64,000 nt of DNA. Source: an uncultured Solirubrobacterales bacterium (GTDB taxonomy: Bacteria; Actinomycetota; Thermoleophilia; Solirubrobacterales; 70-9). Position numbers and translations under genes: made by a program. The DNA lies in NCBI GenBank assembly GCA_963722965.1, contig CAVROX010000007.1:149040-213039 (forward strand). The letters are read 5' to 3'. Under the pieces are notes generated by a model. The model saw only the letters and a list, made by a program, of their open reading frames with translations, was not told the DNA's origin and did no database searches. Positions 1-11,779 of the stretch are shown piece by piece; the stretch's first letter is position 1; each line of letters starts with the position of its first letter.

Positions 1-160
1 TGCCGAGAAGAAAGAGGTAATTCCAGGCGCCGACCTGGAGCCGATCGCGGTTGAACCGGAGGCCCCCCAGCTCAGCGCCGAGGAGCAGGCCCGGCTTGAA
101 GCCGAGGAGGAAGAGCGGGCGCGGCGCGAGGCCGAACTCGCCGGCGAAGGAGAAGAACCG

Positions 161-583
161 GTGGCGGCCAGCCGCGCGCCGGCAAAGATGGAGAGCGGAG
201 CGCGCTACCTGGCCACCGGCAAGCGCAAGAACGCGATCGCCCGCGTCACCCTGACTCCCGGCGACGGTAAGTTCGAGGTCAACAAGCGCGCCCTCGAGGA
301 CTTCTTCCCACGCCCCCTCCACCAGACGATGGCCCGCCAGCCGCTGGTCACCACCGGCTATGAGGCCAGCGTCGACGTCCGCGTGCTCGTACACGGTGGT
401 GGTGTCAGCGGCCAGGCTGGGGCGATACGCCACGGGATCGCCCGGGCGCTGACCGAGATCGACGCCGAGCTGCGCGGCGACCTCAAGCGGCGTGGCTTCC
501 TCACCCGCGATGCGCGGGTCAAGGAGCGGCGCAAGGCAGGGCTGAAGAAGGCCCGCAAGCGGCCGCAGTTCAGCAAGCGCTGA
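161..583 (+). CDS. rpsI: 30S ribosomal protein S9
   Basis: Translation '[14 protein letters not shown]...[19 protein letters not shown]...[18 protein letters not shown]' matches the S9 core and C-terminus. The start is ambiguous: GTG 161 or ATG 188. The same frame stays open to base 2 and encodes an acidic Glu/Ala-rich stretch, so the gene may begin upstream of the window. Confidence 0.9.
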   Translation: MAASRAPAKMESGARYLATGKRKNAIARVTLTPGDGKFEVNKRALEDFFPRPLHQTMARQPLVTTGYEASVDVRVLVHGGGVSGQAGAIRHGIARALTEIDAELRGDLKRRGFLTRDARVKERRKAGLKKARKRPQFSKR

Positions 584-593
584 GCGGGTCCTC

Positions 594-1907
594 GTGACGA
601 GGGAGCGCAAGCTCTTTGGAACCGACGGGGTCCGGGGGCAGGCGGGGACCTTCCTTAGCGCCGAGCTGGCGATGTCGTTGGGACGGGCGGCGACCTCCTC
701 GTTGCAGACCGCGCGACCGCAGGTCTTGATCGTGCGCGACACGCGCGAGTCCGGCCCGATGCTGGAGGCCGCCCTGGCCGCCGGGATCGCCGCCGCTGGC
801 GGCGACGCATTGCTCGCCGGGGTGCTGCCGACCCCAGCCGCAGCGATCCTCGTTAAGCGGCTCGGGCTCGACCTAGCGGCGGTGGTCTCTGCCTCTCACA
901 ATCCCTACCGCGACAACGGCATCAAGTTCTTCTCAGCCAACGGGACGAAGCTCGACGACGAGGCAGAGGTGCGGATCGAGGCGCTACTGGCCGACGGTGG
1001 CACGAGCGCCATTCCCGGCCGCATCCGCGAGCTGAATGGGGGGCTTGAGGATTACCTGCGGGCGCTTGAGGCCGCCTTTCCCCTTGACCTCTGCGGCCGC
1101 CGGGTGATGCTCGATTGCGCCAACGGGGCGACCCATCGCGCCGCCCCGGCGATTTTCAGGCGGCTTGGAGCCGAGGTTGAGGCGATCGCCGCCGAACCCG
1201 ACGGGCGCAACATCAACGATGGTTGCGGCTCGACCCACATCGAGAGCCTGGCCCAGCAGCTCGCTGCCTCAGATGCCGAGATCGGATTCGCCTTCGACGG
1301 CGACGGCGACCGGGTCTTGGCAGTCGATGCCGCCGGTCGTCCCCACGATGGCGATGAGCTGATCGCCCTTGCCGCACTCGGGATGGCCGACCGTGGAGAA
1401 CTCGGCGCCGGCGTCGCCGTCACCGTGATGAGCAACTTCGGCTTTCACCAAGCGATGGAGCAGGCCGGGGTCGATGTCAAGGTGACGAGCGTCGGCGACC
1501 GCTACGTCCTCGAGGAGATGCGCCGCAGCGGCAGGGCTCTGGGCGGAGAGCAGTCTGGCCACATCATCTACTCGGGATACGCGCTTACCGGCGACGGAAT
1601 CGCGGCGGCGCTGATCACGATGCGTGAGCTGGGTTCGCGTGATCTCGCTGAGGCGATCCCGATGCGAAAGCTTCCCCAGGTCCTGGTCAACGTCGCGGTG
1701 GCCGACCGCGCTGCGGTGGCCGGTGCTGGGGCTGTCTGGGAGGCGGTCGAGCGCGAAGGTGGGGCTCTCCAGGGCCGCGGGCGTGTCCTGCTGCGCCCCT
1801 CAGGCACCGAACCGATGATCAGGGTGATGGTCGAGGCACCCACCGCCGCGGAGGCCGAGGCCGTCTGCGGGCGCCTCGTAGCCGTTGTCAAGAAGGAGCT
1901 GGGCTGA
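594..1907 (+). CDS. glmM: phosphoglucosamine mutase
   Basis: 437 aa with the phosphoserine loop 'SASHNPYRDNGIKFF' and 'FDGDGDR'. It sits in the typical rpsI-glmM-glmS neighbourhood. Confidence 0.95.
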   Translation: MTRERKLFGTDGVRGQAGTFLSAELAMSLGRAATSSLQTARPQVLIVRDTRESGPMLEAALAAGIAAAGGDALLAGVLPTPAAAILVKRLGLDLAAVVSASHNPYRDNGIKFFSANGTKLDDEAEVRIEALLADGGTSAIPGRIRELNGGLEDYLRALEAAFPLDLCGRRVMLDCANGATHRAAPAIFRRLGAEVEAIAAEPDGRNINDGCGSTHIESLAQQLAASDAEIGFAFDGDGDRVLAVDAAGRPHDGDELIALAALGMADRGELGAGVAVTVMSNFGFHQAMEQAGVDVKVTSVGDRYVLEEMRRSGRALGGEQSGHIIYSGYALTGDGIAAALITMRELGSRDLAEAIPMRKLPQVLVNVAVADRAAVAGAGAVWEAVEREGGALQGRGRVLLRPSGTEPMIRVMVEAPTAAEAEAVCGRLVAVVKKELG

Positions 1908-1993
1908 GGCCGGCGTTTTGAAGCCAGCAGAAATGACCTCGATCTAGGCCCCGAGAGGGGGCGCCTGGGTTAGGGCATTACCCTACTTCGTTC

Positions 1994-3850
<1,857 letters not shown>

Positions 3851-3869
3851 CCCGGCGGGTAGGGTATCG

Positions 3870-5423
3870 TTGGTGAAGGCTGGTCTCGTCCTTGTTGTCG
3901 CCGCTACTGCGGTCGCGGCTGCGCTAGCCGGCTGCGGCGGCGGTAGCGCCAACCCCAGCCCGGCGACGGTCGCGCCCCCGAACTCCCCGCTCTACGTCGA
4001 AGCCGTGGTTCGGCCCAAGGGCGAACTGCAGTCAAATACCGCGGCGCTCGCCAAGAAAATCACCGGAATCGCTGATCCGGGGGCGGCGATCGTCTCCAAA
4101 TTAGAAAATGCGCTTGCCGAACACGGCGAAAAGGTGAGCTACGCCAAGGACATCGAGCCATGGCTCGGCGAAAGGGCGGGAATCTTCTTCGAGCACTATG
4201 ACGGCGCGAACTTCAGCGGTCTGGGCGCCGTTCTTCAGAGCACCGATACCGGCGCAAGCGAAGAATTTGTCGAAAAGCTGGCCGCCTCCAGCAAGAATCC
4301 CGTCAGGTCGGCCTCCTACAAAGGCGTCCAGTACAAGGTCGATACCTCTATCGGCACCTCGATCGGGGTGATCGGCGACTTCCTCGTCTTCGGCCAAGAA
4401 GAAGGGGCCTTCAAAGACGCGGTGAACGCCTCGCAGGGCGAATCGCTGGCCGGGGCCAGCCGTTATTCGAGTGCGACCGCGGCCGAGCCGGGCGGAAGTC
4501 TGGCAAACGTCTACGCCGACATCGGCAGCCTCATCCAGCAGAGCGGATCGCAGGTCAGCGAAAGGGACCTCGGGGTCCTCAGCTCGCTTGGGCTCAACCT
4601 CGCTGATGCGACCGCGGTGGCGAGCGTCGTGCCAGCCGCCGAACACCTCGAAGTCGACCTCAGCACAAACGCGGCCGCCGCCGGCGCCTCCACCGGCACT
4701 GCCGCGAGCCTGCTCGGCTCGCTCCCGTCAACCTCGCTGGCCGCCTTCGCAGCTTCGGGCTTCGGCACCCAGCTGAAGAAGGCTTTTGACCGACTCGACG
4801 CCTCCGGAATCCCCCCGAGCGTCCCGCCGCACCAGCTCAAGTCGACGATGGCTGCGGCGGGAATCGATCTCGAAAAGATCGCCAACTCAATCGAAGATGC
4901 CGGCCTATTTGCCGAAGGTGGGAGCAAGTCCAACCTCGGCGGGGCGCTGGTGTTGACCACCAACGGCTCCGGGCCAGCGGCTGAAACCGTCACCAGGGTC
5001 GGCCTGCTGCTGCGCAGCGCAGGGACGGCGGGCGTCACCGCCCTAACCGGCAAGGCCAGCGGTTTCTCCATCCACAGCTCCGAACTTGGCAACAAGCCGC
5101 TCGTCGTCGCCACCAAGGGTGATCGGATCGCGATCGGCTACGGGCTGCCGGCTACCCTGCGGGGGCTCTCCCCGGAATCGGGGCACAGTCTCGCCGACGC
5201 GCCGCACTACAAGGAAGCGGTTGCGGCGCTCGGCGCAACGCCGATCAGCGGCTTCGTCGACGGGCCGGCGGCGCTGCGGCTGGTCGGATCACTCGTGCCG
5301 CCCTCTGAACAGGGCTTTGAGGAAGCAAAGCCCTATCTGGCAAAGATTGCCTACGTCGCCGTCGGCAGGGGGAGTTCGGGGGAACTGGCGACCGCCAAGC
5401 TGATCGTCGGCTTGGGCAAGTAA
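3870..5423 (+). CDS. hypothetical lipoprotein
   Basis: 517 aa with the lipobox-like signal 'VAATAVAAALAGCGGGS' and an Ala/Ser/Gly-rich extracytoplasmic body. I do not recognise a catalytic motif. Confidence 0.6.
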   Translation: MVKAGLVLVVAATAVAAALAGCGGGSANPSPATVAPPNSPLYVEAVVRPKGELQSNTAALAKKITGIADPGAAIVSKLENALAEHGEKVSYAKDIEPWLGERAGIFFEHYDGANFSGLGAVLQSTDTGASEEFVEKLAASSKNPVRSASYKGVQYKVDTSIGTSIGVIGDFLVFGQEEGAFKDAVNASQGESLAGASRYSSATAAEPGGSLANVYADIGSLIQQSGSQVSERDLGVLSSLGLNLADATAVASVVPAAEHLEVDLSTNAAAAGASTGTAASLLGSLPSTSLAAFAASGFGTQLKKAFDRLDASGIPPSVPPHQLKSTMAAAGIDLEKIANSIEDAGLFAEGGSKSNLGGALVLTTNGSGPAAETVTRVGLLLRSAGTAGVTALTGKASGFSIHSSELGNKPLVVATKGDRIAIGYGLPATLRGLSPESGHSLADAPHYKEAVAALGATPISGFVDGPAALRLVGSLVPPSEQGFEEAKPYLAKIAYVAVGRGSSGELATAKLIVGLGK

Positions 5424-5447
5424 GCCTCGCCTGGCTAGGCTGCGTCG

Positions 5448-6965
5448 ATGCAGACCTGGCTCAGCCCGCTATATGACGCGGAGGGGATGCGCGCGGTCGA
5501 TCGCTGGGCTATCGAGGAGAGCGGGGTACCCTCGCTGGAGCTGATGGAGGCCGCTGGGCGTGCCGTCGCTGAGGCGGTCGCCGCGCTTGCGCCCACCGGA
5601 CCCGTGCGCGTCGTCTGCGGCAAGGGAAACAACGCCGGAGACGGCCTGGTCGCGGCCCGGCTCCTGGCCGGGATGGGGCATCGGGTTGAGGCTCTGCTGC
5701 TCTGGCCCGCCGCGGAGCTGAGCGCAGACGCGGCGGCCAACCTGGAGCGATTTGACGGGGAGCAGGTGACCGGCGGCCTGGGCGAGCGCCTCGCCGGCTC
5801 CGGGGCGGTGATCGACGCGATCTTCGGCACCGGGTTCTCCGGTGCCCCGCGCGAGCCGGCCGCCGCGGCGATTAAGGCGATCGGCCGCGCCGGTGCCCCG
5901 GTCATCGCCTGTGACATTGCGTCCGGAGTCGATGCCTCCAGTGGCGAAGCCGCCGGCGTCGCGGTCAGGGCCGACGTTACGGTCAGCTTCCACACGGCAA
6001 AGCTCGGGCATTGCATCGCTCCCGGCAAGTGGCTCACGGGGGAGTTGCGGATCGCTTCAATCGGGATCCCAGAGGGAGCACCGAGTGAGCCCGCCGGCGG
6101 GATCATCGATTCCTCCGTGCTGGAGCTGGCGCCGAAGCGTGGGCCGCAGTCGACCAAGTTCTCCTCAGGTCAGGTCGCGATTGCCGGCGGATCGCGTGGC
6201 CTGACAGGCGCGGTGCGGATGTCCTCGCTGGCGGCGATTCGCGCCGGCGCTGGCTACGCGACGGTCGCCGTCCCTGCCGACCTGGAGGCGATTTTCGAGC
6301 AGGGTCAGGCCGAGGTGATGTCGGTCGGCTGCCCCGGCGGCGACGGCTGCCTGGCGCCGGGATCGCTGCGGGCCCTGCTTGGTGTCTTTGAGCGCGCCGC
6401 AGCTGGGGTGCTCGGGCCCGGACTAGGACGAGATCCGGGCTCGGTCGAGTTGGCGCAGGAGGCCGCGGCGGCGATCAAGGCACCGCTGGTGATCGATGCC
6501 GACGGACTCAACGCCTTGAGCGGAAGGCTGGAGCTGATCGCCGCCCGGGAAGCGCCCAGCGTTCTCACTCCCCACGCCGGCGAGCTTGGTCGCCTGCTCG
6601 AGCGGACCTCAGGGGAGGTTGGCGCCCACCGCCTCGCCGCGGCCCGCGAGGCCGCCCGCTTGGCTGGAGCGGTCGTGGTTCTGAAGGGCGATGACACGAT
6701 CGTCACCGACGGGGTGGGGGTCGCCGTCAATCTGCTCTCCGCGCCGGCCCTCGCCACCGCCGGCACTGGCGATGTTCTTTCGGGGATCACCGCTGCCCTG
6801 CTCGCCCGTGGTCTGGATCCCTTCGCCGCGGCCTGCGCGGCGGTCCTCGCCCACGCCCGCGCCGGGCGCGACGCGGCCCGGCGGCTGGGCGCCGCCGAGT
6901 CTGTGATCGCCACCGACGTGATCGCCTCGATCCCGGCGGGGATGCTCCCCGAGGCCCAGCGATGA
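5448..6965 (+). CDS. nnr: bifunctional NAD(P)H-hydrate repair enzyme (epimerase/ADP-dependent dehydratase)
   Basis: 505 aa. YjeF N-terminal motif 'GKGNNAGDG' and C-terminal carbohydrate-kinase motif 'GTGDVLSG'. The stop overlaps the alr start by 4 nt. Confidence 0.9.
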   Translation: MQTWLSPLYDAEGMRAVDRWAIEESGVPSLELMEAAGRAVAEAVAALAPTGPVRVVCGKGNNAGDGLVAARLLAGMGHRVEALLLWPAAELSADAAANLERFDGEQVTGGLGERLAGSGAVIDAIFGTGFSGAPREPAAAAIKAIGRAGAPVIACDIASGVDASSGEAAGVAVRADVTVSFHTAKLGHCIAPGKWLTGELRIASIGIPEGAPSEPAGGIIDSSVLELAPKRGPQSTKFSSGQVAIAGGSRGLTGAVRMSSLAAIRAGAGYATVAVPADLEAIFEQGQAEVMSVGCPGGDGCLAPGSLRALLGVFERAAAGVLGPGLGRDPGSVELAQEAAAAIKAPLVIDADGLNALSGRLELIAAREAPSVLTPHAGELGRLLERTSGEVGAHRLAAAREAARLAGAVVVLKGDDTIVTDGVGVAVNLLSAPALATAGTGDVLSGITAALLARGLDPFAAACAAVLAHARAGRDAARRLGAAESVIATDVIASIPAGMLPEAQR

Positions 6966-8071
6966 TGCGCGCGCTCGCCCAGATCGACCTCGCCGCGGTG
7001 CAGGCAAATTGCGCCCGCTTGAAGGCGGCGCTGAGCGGGGGTGCCGAGCTGTGTGCGGTGGTCAAGGCCGACGGCTACGGCCACGGCGCCGACGCCTGCG
7101 CCTCGGCGGCGCTGGCCGGGGGGGCGACAAGGTTGGCGGTCGCGACCGCCACTGAGGCCGCGCAGATCGGTCGCCGATTCCAGCACGTCAGGTTGCTGAC
7201 GATGGGCGCACTGACCCCTGAGGAGCTCGACGTGACCCTTTCTGCGGGCTCCGAGCTTGCCGTCTGGCGAGAGGGGTTTCGCCGTCTGCTCTCCGACCGC
7301 GCCCGCGCCCAGGGGCGCCCTGCCCGGGTCCACGTCAAGCACGACAGCGGCATGGGCCGCCTCGGCAATCCCGATCCGGCCGAGGTGCTCGCGCTCGCTC
7401 GCGCCTGTGCTGAGGACCCCAACCTCGAGCTGGCCGGGGTTTGGACGCACCTCGCCACTGCTGATGAGCCGGGCTCGGCGTTCTTCGACGAGCAGCTTGA
7501 CCGCTTCGCCGCCGTCGCGGCTGCGGTCCGGGCACAGTTCCGCGGGGTCACCGTCCACGCTGCCAACAGCGCCGCTGTCTTCCGCCATCCGCGCTCTCAC
7601 TTTGACATGGCCCGCTGCGGTGTCGCCGTTTACGGGCTCGATCCTTTCCAGGGCGACCCGGCCGAGCGCGGCCTGGTGCCGGCGATGTCGCTGCGCTCCT
7701 ACGTGGCCGACGTGAAGCGGTTCGGGCCAGGCGACAGCGCCGGCTACGGGCGGACCTGGCGCGCAGCTGTGGACACCTGGGTCGGGGTGCTACCGCTCGG
7801 ATACGCCGACGGGGTTCGCCGCGGCCTCTCCAACAACGCCGAGGTGCTGATCGGTGGCCGCCGCTATCCCTTGGTCGGCACCGTCTCGATGGACAACGTG
7901 ACCGTTGACCTAGGCCCCGAGACCGAGGTTGAGCCCGGTGAGGAGGCGGTTGTGATCGGCTCCCAGGGCGAGGATGCGATCCTCGCTGAGGAGGTTGCCG
8001 CCCGCCTTGGCACGATCAACTACGAGGTCACCTGCGGGATCTCGGCGCGGGTCCCGCGGGCCAGCGTGTGA
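6962..8071 (+). CDS. alr: alanine racemase
   Basis: 369 aa with the PLP-lysine motif 'AVVKADGYGHG' and a typical C-terminal beta domain. Confidence 0.93.
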   Translation: MMRALAQIDLAAVQANCARLKAALSGGAELCAVVKADGYGHGADACASAALAGGATRLAVATATEAAQIGRRFQHVRLLTMGALTPEELDVTLSAGSELAVWREGFRRLLSDRARAQGRPARVHVKHDSGMGRLGNPDPAEVLALARACAEDPNLELAGVWTHLATADEPGSAFFDEQLDRFAAVAAAVRAQFRGVTVHAANSAAVFRHPRSHFDMARCGVAVYGLDPFQGDPAERGLVPAMSLRSYVADVKRFGPGDSAGYGRTWRAAVDTWVGVLPLGYADGVRRGLSNNAEVLIGGRRYPLVGTVSMDNVTVDLGPETEVEPGEEAVVIGSQGEDAILAEEVAARLGTINYEVTCGISARVPRASV

Positions 8072-9489
8072 GTCTCGCCGATCGCCTCGACTCCTCAGCC
8101 CCGGTTACGGTGGCGCGGCGGGCGCTGGCCGGCGAGGGGCGGGCTTGGATCGTCGGCGGGGCGATCCGCGACGCAGCGCTCGACCGCGAGGTTAACGATC
8201 TCGATCTCGCCGTCGCCGCTGACCCGGCGGTGGCGGCCAGGGCGATCGCCCGGGAGGGGGGCGGTCATGCCTTCGAGCTCTCGGCCGAGTTCGGAAACTG
8301 GCGCGTGGTGGCAAACGATGGCTCCTGGCAAGTCGACGCCACGGCGCTGCGTGGCGAGACGATCGAGGCCGACCTCGCCGAGCGGGACTTCACGGTTGGG
8401 GCCGTCGCGATTCCGCTCGGTGGAGGCGCTCGGATCGACCCCTTCGGCGGTCTCGCCGACCTCGAGGGGGGCTACCTGCGGGCGGTCGGTCCCCGCAGCT
8501 TCGCCGCGGACCCGTTGCGCCTGCTTCGAGCCGCCCGGCTGGCGGCCGAGCTGGGTCTAGCGATCGATCCCGGCACAATCGCCCTGGCCCGCGGCGAAGC
8601 CCCCCGCGCCGCCGAGTCGGCGGGGGAGCGCCAGCTCGCAGAGCTGCGGCTGCTGGTCGGCGGGCCCGACCCCCTGCGCGGCCTCACCTTGCTCGATCAG
8701 CTGGGCCTGACCTCAATCGTGTTGCCCGAGCTGGAGGCCCTGCGCGGCGTCGGGCAAGGCCCCAACCACCACCTCGACGTCCACGGCCACACCCTCGCGG
8801 TGCTTGGGCACGCGCTCGAGATCGAGGCCGACCTCGAGCGATTTGCCGGCGAGCGCGCGGCGGAGACCGCGGCGCTGCTCGCCGAGCCCCTCGCCGACGA
8901 GATGACCCGGGGGACGGCGCTTCGTCTCGGCGCCCTCCTCCATGACGTCGGAAAGCCGGCGACGCGCGGCGAGCGCGGCGGCTTCGTCACCTTCATCGGC
9001 CACGACAGCGAGGGGGCGGAGATCGTCGGCGGGGTCTGCGCAAGGTTGCGGGCCAGCCGCCGGCTGACGAACCACCTGCGGGCCCTCACCCTCCATCACC
9101 TGCGTCTCGGCTTCCTGGTCCACGAGGCGCCGCTGCCCCCGCGTCGGGTCCACGAATACCTGCGCGCGACCGAGCCGGTTGCCGCCGACGTCACGCTGCT
9201 CACCGTCGCCGACCGCCTCGCCGCCCGTGGCAGCGGCCCCTTCGCCACCGCCGCAGCGATCGAGGCACACCTCGACCTCGCCCGCGCGATGCTCGCTGCG
9301 GCGCTGGACTGGCGCCGCGATGGCCCGCCCACTCCGCTACTGCGCGGTGACGAGCTGGCTAGCGCGCTGGGAATCGAGGCGGGGCCGGAACTGGGCGAGC
9401 TGCTCGCCGAGCTGGAGGCGGCGCAGTACGCGGGCGAGGTGATCACCCGCGAAGGGGCGGTCGAGCTTGCCCGGGGGCTGCGGCGGTAG
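8068..9489 (+). CDS. CCA-adding enzyme / poly(A) polymerase-family nucleotidyltransferase with HD domain
   Basis: 473 aa with 'GGAIRDAAL...NDLDLAV' (the pol-beta NTase GG..RD/DxD motif) and the HD motif 'LLHDVGKP'. The start overlaps the alr stop. Confidence 0.85.
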   Translation: MSLADRLDSSAPVTVARRALAGEGRAWIVGGAIRDAALDREVNDLDLAVAADPAVAARAIAREGGGHAFELSAEFGNWRVVANDGSWQVDATALRGETIEADLAERDFTVGAVAIPLGGGARIDPFGGLADLEGGYLRAVGPRSFAADPLRLLRAARLAAELGLAIDPGTIALARGEAPRAAESAGERQLAELRLLVGGPDPLRGLTLLDQLGLTSIVLPELEALRGVGQGPNHHLDVHGHTLAVLGHALEIEADLERFAGERAAETAALLAEPLADEMTRGTALRLGALLHDVGKPATRGERGGFVTFIGHDSEGAEIVGGVCARLRASRRLTNHLRALTLHHLRLGFLVHEAPLPPRRVHEYLRATEPVAADVTLLTVADRLAARGSGPFATAAAIEAHLDLARAMLAAALDWRRDGPPTPLLRGDELASALGIEAGPELGELLAELEAAQYAGEVITREGAVELARGLRR

Positions 9490-9525
9490 TCCGCTCGAAA
9501 CTTGGTCAGGTACGCTCCCCGCCGC

Positions 9526-9744
9526 ATGGCCAAAGAGGAAAAGATCGAAATGGAGGGTGAGATCACCGAGGCTCTCCCCAACACGATGTTCAGGGTCAAG
9601 CTCGACAACGGCCACGACGTGCTCGGTCACATCTCCGGCAAGATGCGCCGCCACTACATCCGCATCCTTCCCGGAGATCGCGTCAAGATCGAGCTTTCCC
9701 CGTATGACCTCGATCGCGGCCGGATCACCTACCGCTACAAATAG
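9526..9744 (+). CDS. infA: translation initiation factor IF-1
   Basis: '[72 protein letters not shown]' is canonical IF-1. The ATG at 9526 is preferred over the upstream TTG at 9502 given in the ORF track. Confidence 0.95.
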   Translation: MAKEEKIEMEGEITEALPNTMFRVKLDNGHDVLGHISGKMRRHYIRILPGDRVKIELSPYDLDRGRITYRYK

Positions 9745-10946
9745 CTGGCCGCCGCGCCGCGGTCCGGCTCCAGAAGCTCAGCGATCAGGGCCGACCAGGC
9801 GAACTGTTGCGCGCCGAGCCCGACGCCGGTGCGAGGATCGTAATACTCGCGCAGGCCTTCGCGCGCAACCGCGTTGATCAGCCCCGCGGCCATTCGCCGC
9901 GCCTCCTCGGCGTAGCCGAGCCGGCGCATCCCAAGCCAGACCATCCAGGCAGAATTGACCCAGGTGGGGCCGCGCCAGTAACGACGAATCGGGCCGCGGC
10001 CACCGCCCGGCTCATAGCTGGACTCTGAGGCCGCGACCGAGGGCGGCGCCGCCGGGGTGAGGAACTCGCGCCCGTTCAGCAGATGCTCCTCGACCAGGCG
10101 ACGCCCGATCTCCTCCGGCAGGTCGGGCAGGGCCAGGGGGGCGAGGGCGGCCCAGGTGAGCACGTCGGGCCTGCTGCCGCCGGGCTGGGACTCATCAAGG
10201 AACAGACCGCGCCCCTCCTCCCAGAGGCGGTCCACCAGCGCCCCGGTCACCGATGGACGTCCGAGCGCCTGCAGCGTCAGCGACCAGAAGGTGTTCACCA
10301 GGGTCTCGCAGAGGACGGGACCTCCGCGGTCGCGGATCCGCCGTGCGTCCCAGCCGAGCCGTCGGTTGTGCTGCACAAGCCAGGGGAAGCCGATCCGGGA
10401 GTTGGCGCGCCATCCCCAAACCGGATCGAACTTTGGCGAGGCGTCAAGCCCGGACTCATCGGGCTGGACGATCCACAGCAGCCCGTCCCGGTCGAGATCG
10501 CGGTTGTCGGCAAGCCACTGCACCTGGGCCGCGATCCGTGGGTCCATGGCGGGCTCGCCGACCGCGATCCTCCAGGCCCACGCCAGCAGCGGCGGTTGGA
10601 TCGTCTCGGTCTGCAGCGCGCCGCGCGAGGCGACGTTGTAGAAGGGGAGCCGGGTCAAGGAGACCGGCCGGGGCCAGAAGATCGTGTGGCCGAGGAAGCC
10701 GTCGGGCCGCTGCGCGGAGAGCAGGGTCTCCAGCTCGGCCCGCGAGCGGGTGGGGTCAAAACGCCGCCAGACGATCGCCGCAAAGCAGGAGTCCCAGTAC
10801 CACTGCCACGGATAGCGGCGGGGACTCGGACGCGTGTAGGCAAAGCCCACGCCATCGCGCTCCCCCGCGGTCCAATTTCCCCGCAGCACGTCCTCGGCAA
10901 CCTGACCCAGCGAGGGACTCACGCCGCTGTTGCGCGCTTCACTCAC
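9735..10946 (-). CDS. GH63-like six-hairpin glycoside hydrolase (mannosyl-/glucosylglycerate hydrolase-like)
   Basis: 403 aa. '[16 protein letters not shown]', '[10 protein letters not shown]' and '[15 protein letters not shown]' resemble the MGH1/GH63 family. The family call rests on motif memory only. Confidence 0.65.
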   Translation of the reverse strand: MSEARNSGVSPSLGQVAEDVLRGNWTAGERDGVGFAYTRPSPRRYPWQWYWDSCFAAIVWRRFDPTRSRAELETLLSAQRPDGFLGHTIFWPRPVSLTRLPFYNVASRGALQTETIQPPLLAWAWRIAVGEPAMDPRIAAQVQWLADNRDLDRDGLLWIVQPDESGLDASPKFDPVWGWRANSRIGFPWLVQHNRRLGWDARRIRDRGGPVLCETLVNTFWSLTLQALGRPSVTGALVDRLWEEGRGLFLDESQPGGSRPDVLTWAALAPLALPDLPEEIGRRLVEEHLLNGREFLTPAAPPSVAASESSYEPGGGRGPIRRYWRGPTWVNSAWMVWLGMRRLGYAEEARRMAAGLINAVAREGLREYYDPRTGVGLGAQQFAWSALIAELLEPDRGAAASYL

Positions 10947-10984
10947 CGCGCAAAGTCAGAGATGGATGCTGGTTGGCATTGCGC

Positions 10985-11779
10985 TCAACGCGCCGTGCGG
11001 CGCATCTCGCGCAATGCGAGTGTGCCGAGGATGGCGAGCAAACCGATCAGCGCCAACAGCCCGGGCCAGGTTTCCGCCCAGCTGACGCCACCGACGAAGC
11101 CCTGTCGCGCTGCGCCGATCACGCGGGTGACCGGGTTCACCTGCGCGACGCTCTTCAGCCAGCCCTGCAGCAGGGCGATCGGCGCGTAAGCGGTGGTCGT
11201 GAGGATCAGCGCCATCATCCCGGCCTGCATCAGCGGGGCGGCCGATTGGCTCTTGAAGTGGAGCGCCAGCGTCGAGCCCCAGCATGCGGCGACAGCTGCC
11301 ATCGCGCCGACCATGAAGTAGGCGATAAGAAGCCCGGCGAGGCCGGGGAAACTGGCGCCGAGCAGCAGCGCGACGACGAACACGAAGGTCGCCGGGATCA
11401 GCGCCCGGGCGCTAGCAGCCAACACCGTGCCGGCGAGCAGAACCCAGCGGGGAGCCGGGGAGACAAGCAGCCGGTCCAGCCAGCCCTGCTCGATGTCTCG
11501 GGCAAGGTTGACGCCGGCGGCCGCCCCGGTGAAACCCGCTCCCTGCAGCATGCTGACCGGCACGATGAAGCTCTCATAGCTGCCGGTGGTGAAGCCTTTG
11601 AGGTGGGTCAGCGCCCCGAAGACGCCGTTTAACCCGAGGAAGAAGATGGTCGGCGCAAGCACGCCTGGGATCGCCGCCCCCGGCACCCGCAGAAGCTCGT
11701 TCTTGGCGCGCACCACCAGCGCCCCGATCGTCGCCAGGTTCGTCCGCCAGGCGGGTATCGGTGCGGCTGCCTCCATCAT
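10985..11779 (-). CDS. ABC-2 type transporter permease
   Basis: 264 aa polytopic membrane protein. It overlaps the upstream permease by 4 nt, downstream of a DrrA-like ATPase. Confidence 0.75.
   Translation of the reverse strand: MMEAAAPIPAWRTNLATIGALVVRAKNELLRVPGAAIPGVLAPTIFFLGLNGVFGALTHLKGFTTGSYESFIVPVSMLQGAGFTGAAAGVNLARDIEQGWLDRLLVSPAPRWVLLAGTVLAASARALIPATFVFVVALLLGASFPGLAGLLIAYFMVGAMAAVAACWGSTLALHFKSQSAAPLMQAGMMALILTTTAYAPIALLQGWLKSVAQVNPVTRVIGAARQGFVGGVSWAETWPGLLALIGLLAILGTLALREMRRTAR

Noticed and set aside
1908-1993. Possible glmS ribozyme upstream of glmS
   Set aside because: The glmM-glmS spacer is only 86 nt. That is too short for the glmS ribozyme core as I remember it (well over 100 nt), and I could not see its conserved core.
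6305-7600. Long antisense or alternative-frame ORFs. Examples: 6305..7600(-), 10083..11189(+), 10253..11632(+), 11761..12615(+), 14895..15917(-) N-terminal part, 22128..23108(+), 34992..36443(+), 38786..39931(+), 40744..42132(+), 61903..63000(-)
   Set aside because: Their composition is extremely rich in Arg/Pro/Gly/Ala, typical of off-frame reading in high-G+C DNA. Each overlaps a gene with clear family motifs on the other strand or frame. ORF 40744..42132 merely threads through frames of the broken rhodanese gene.
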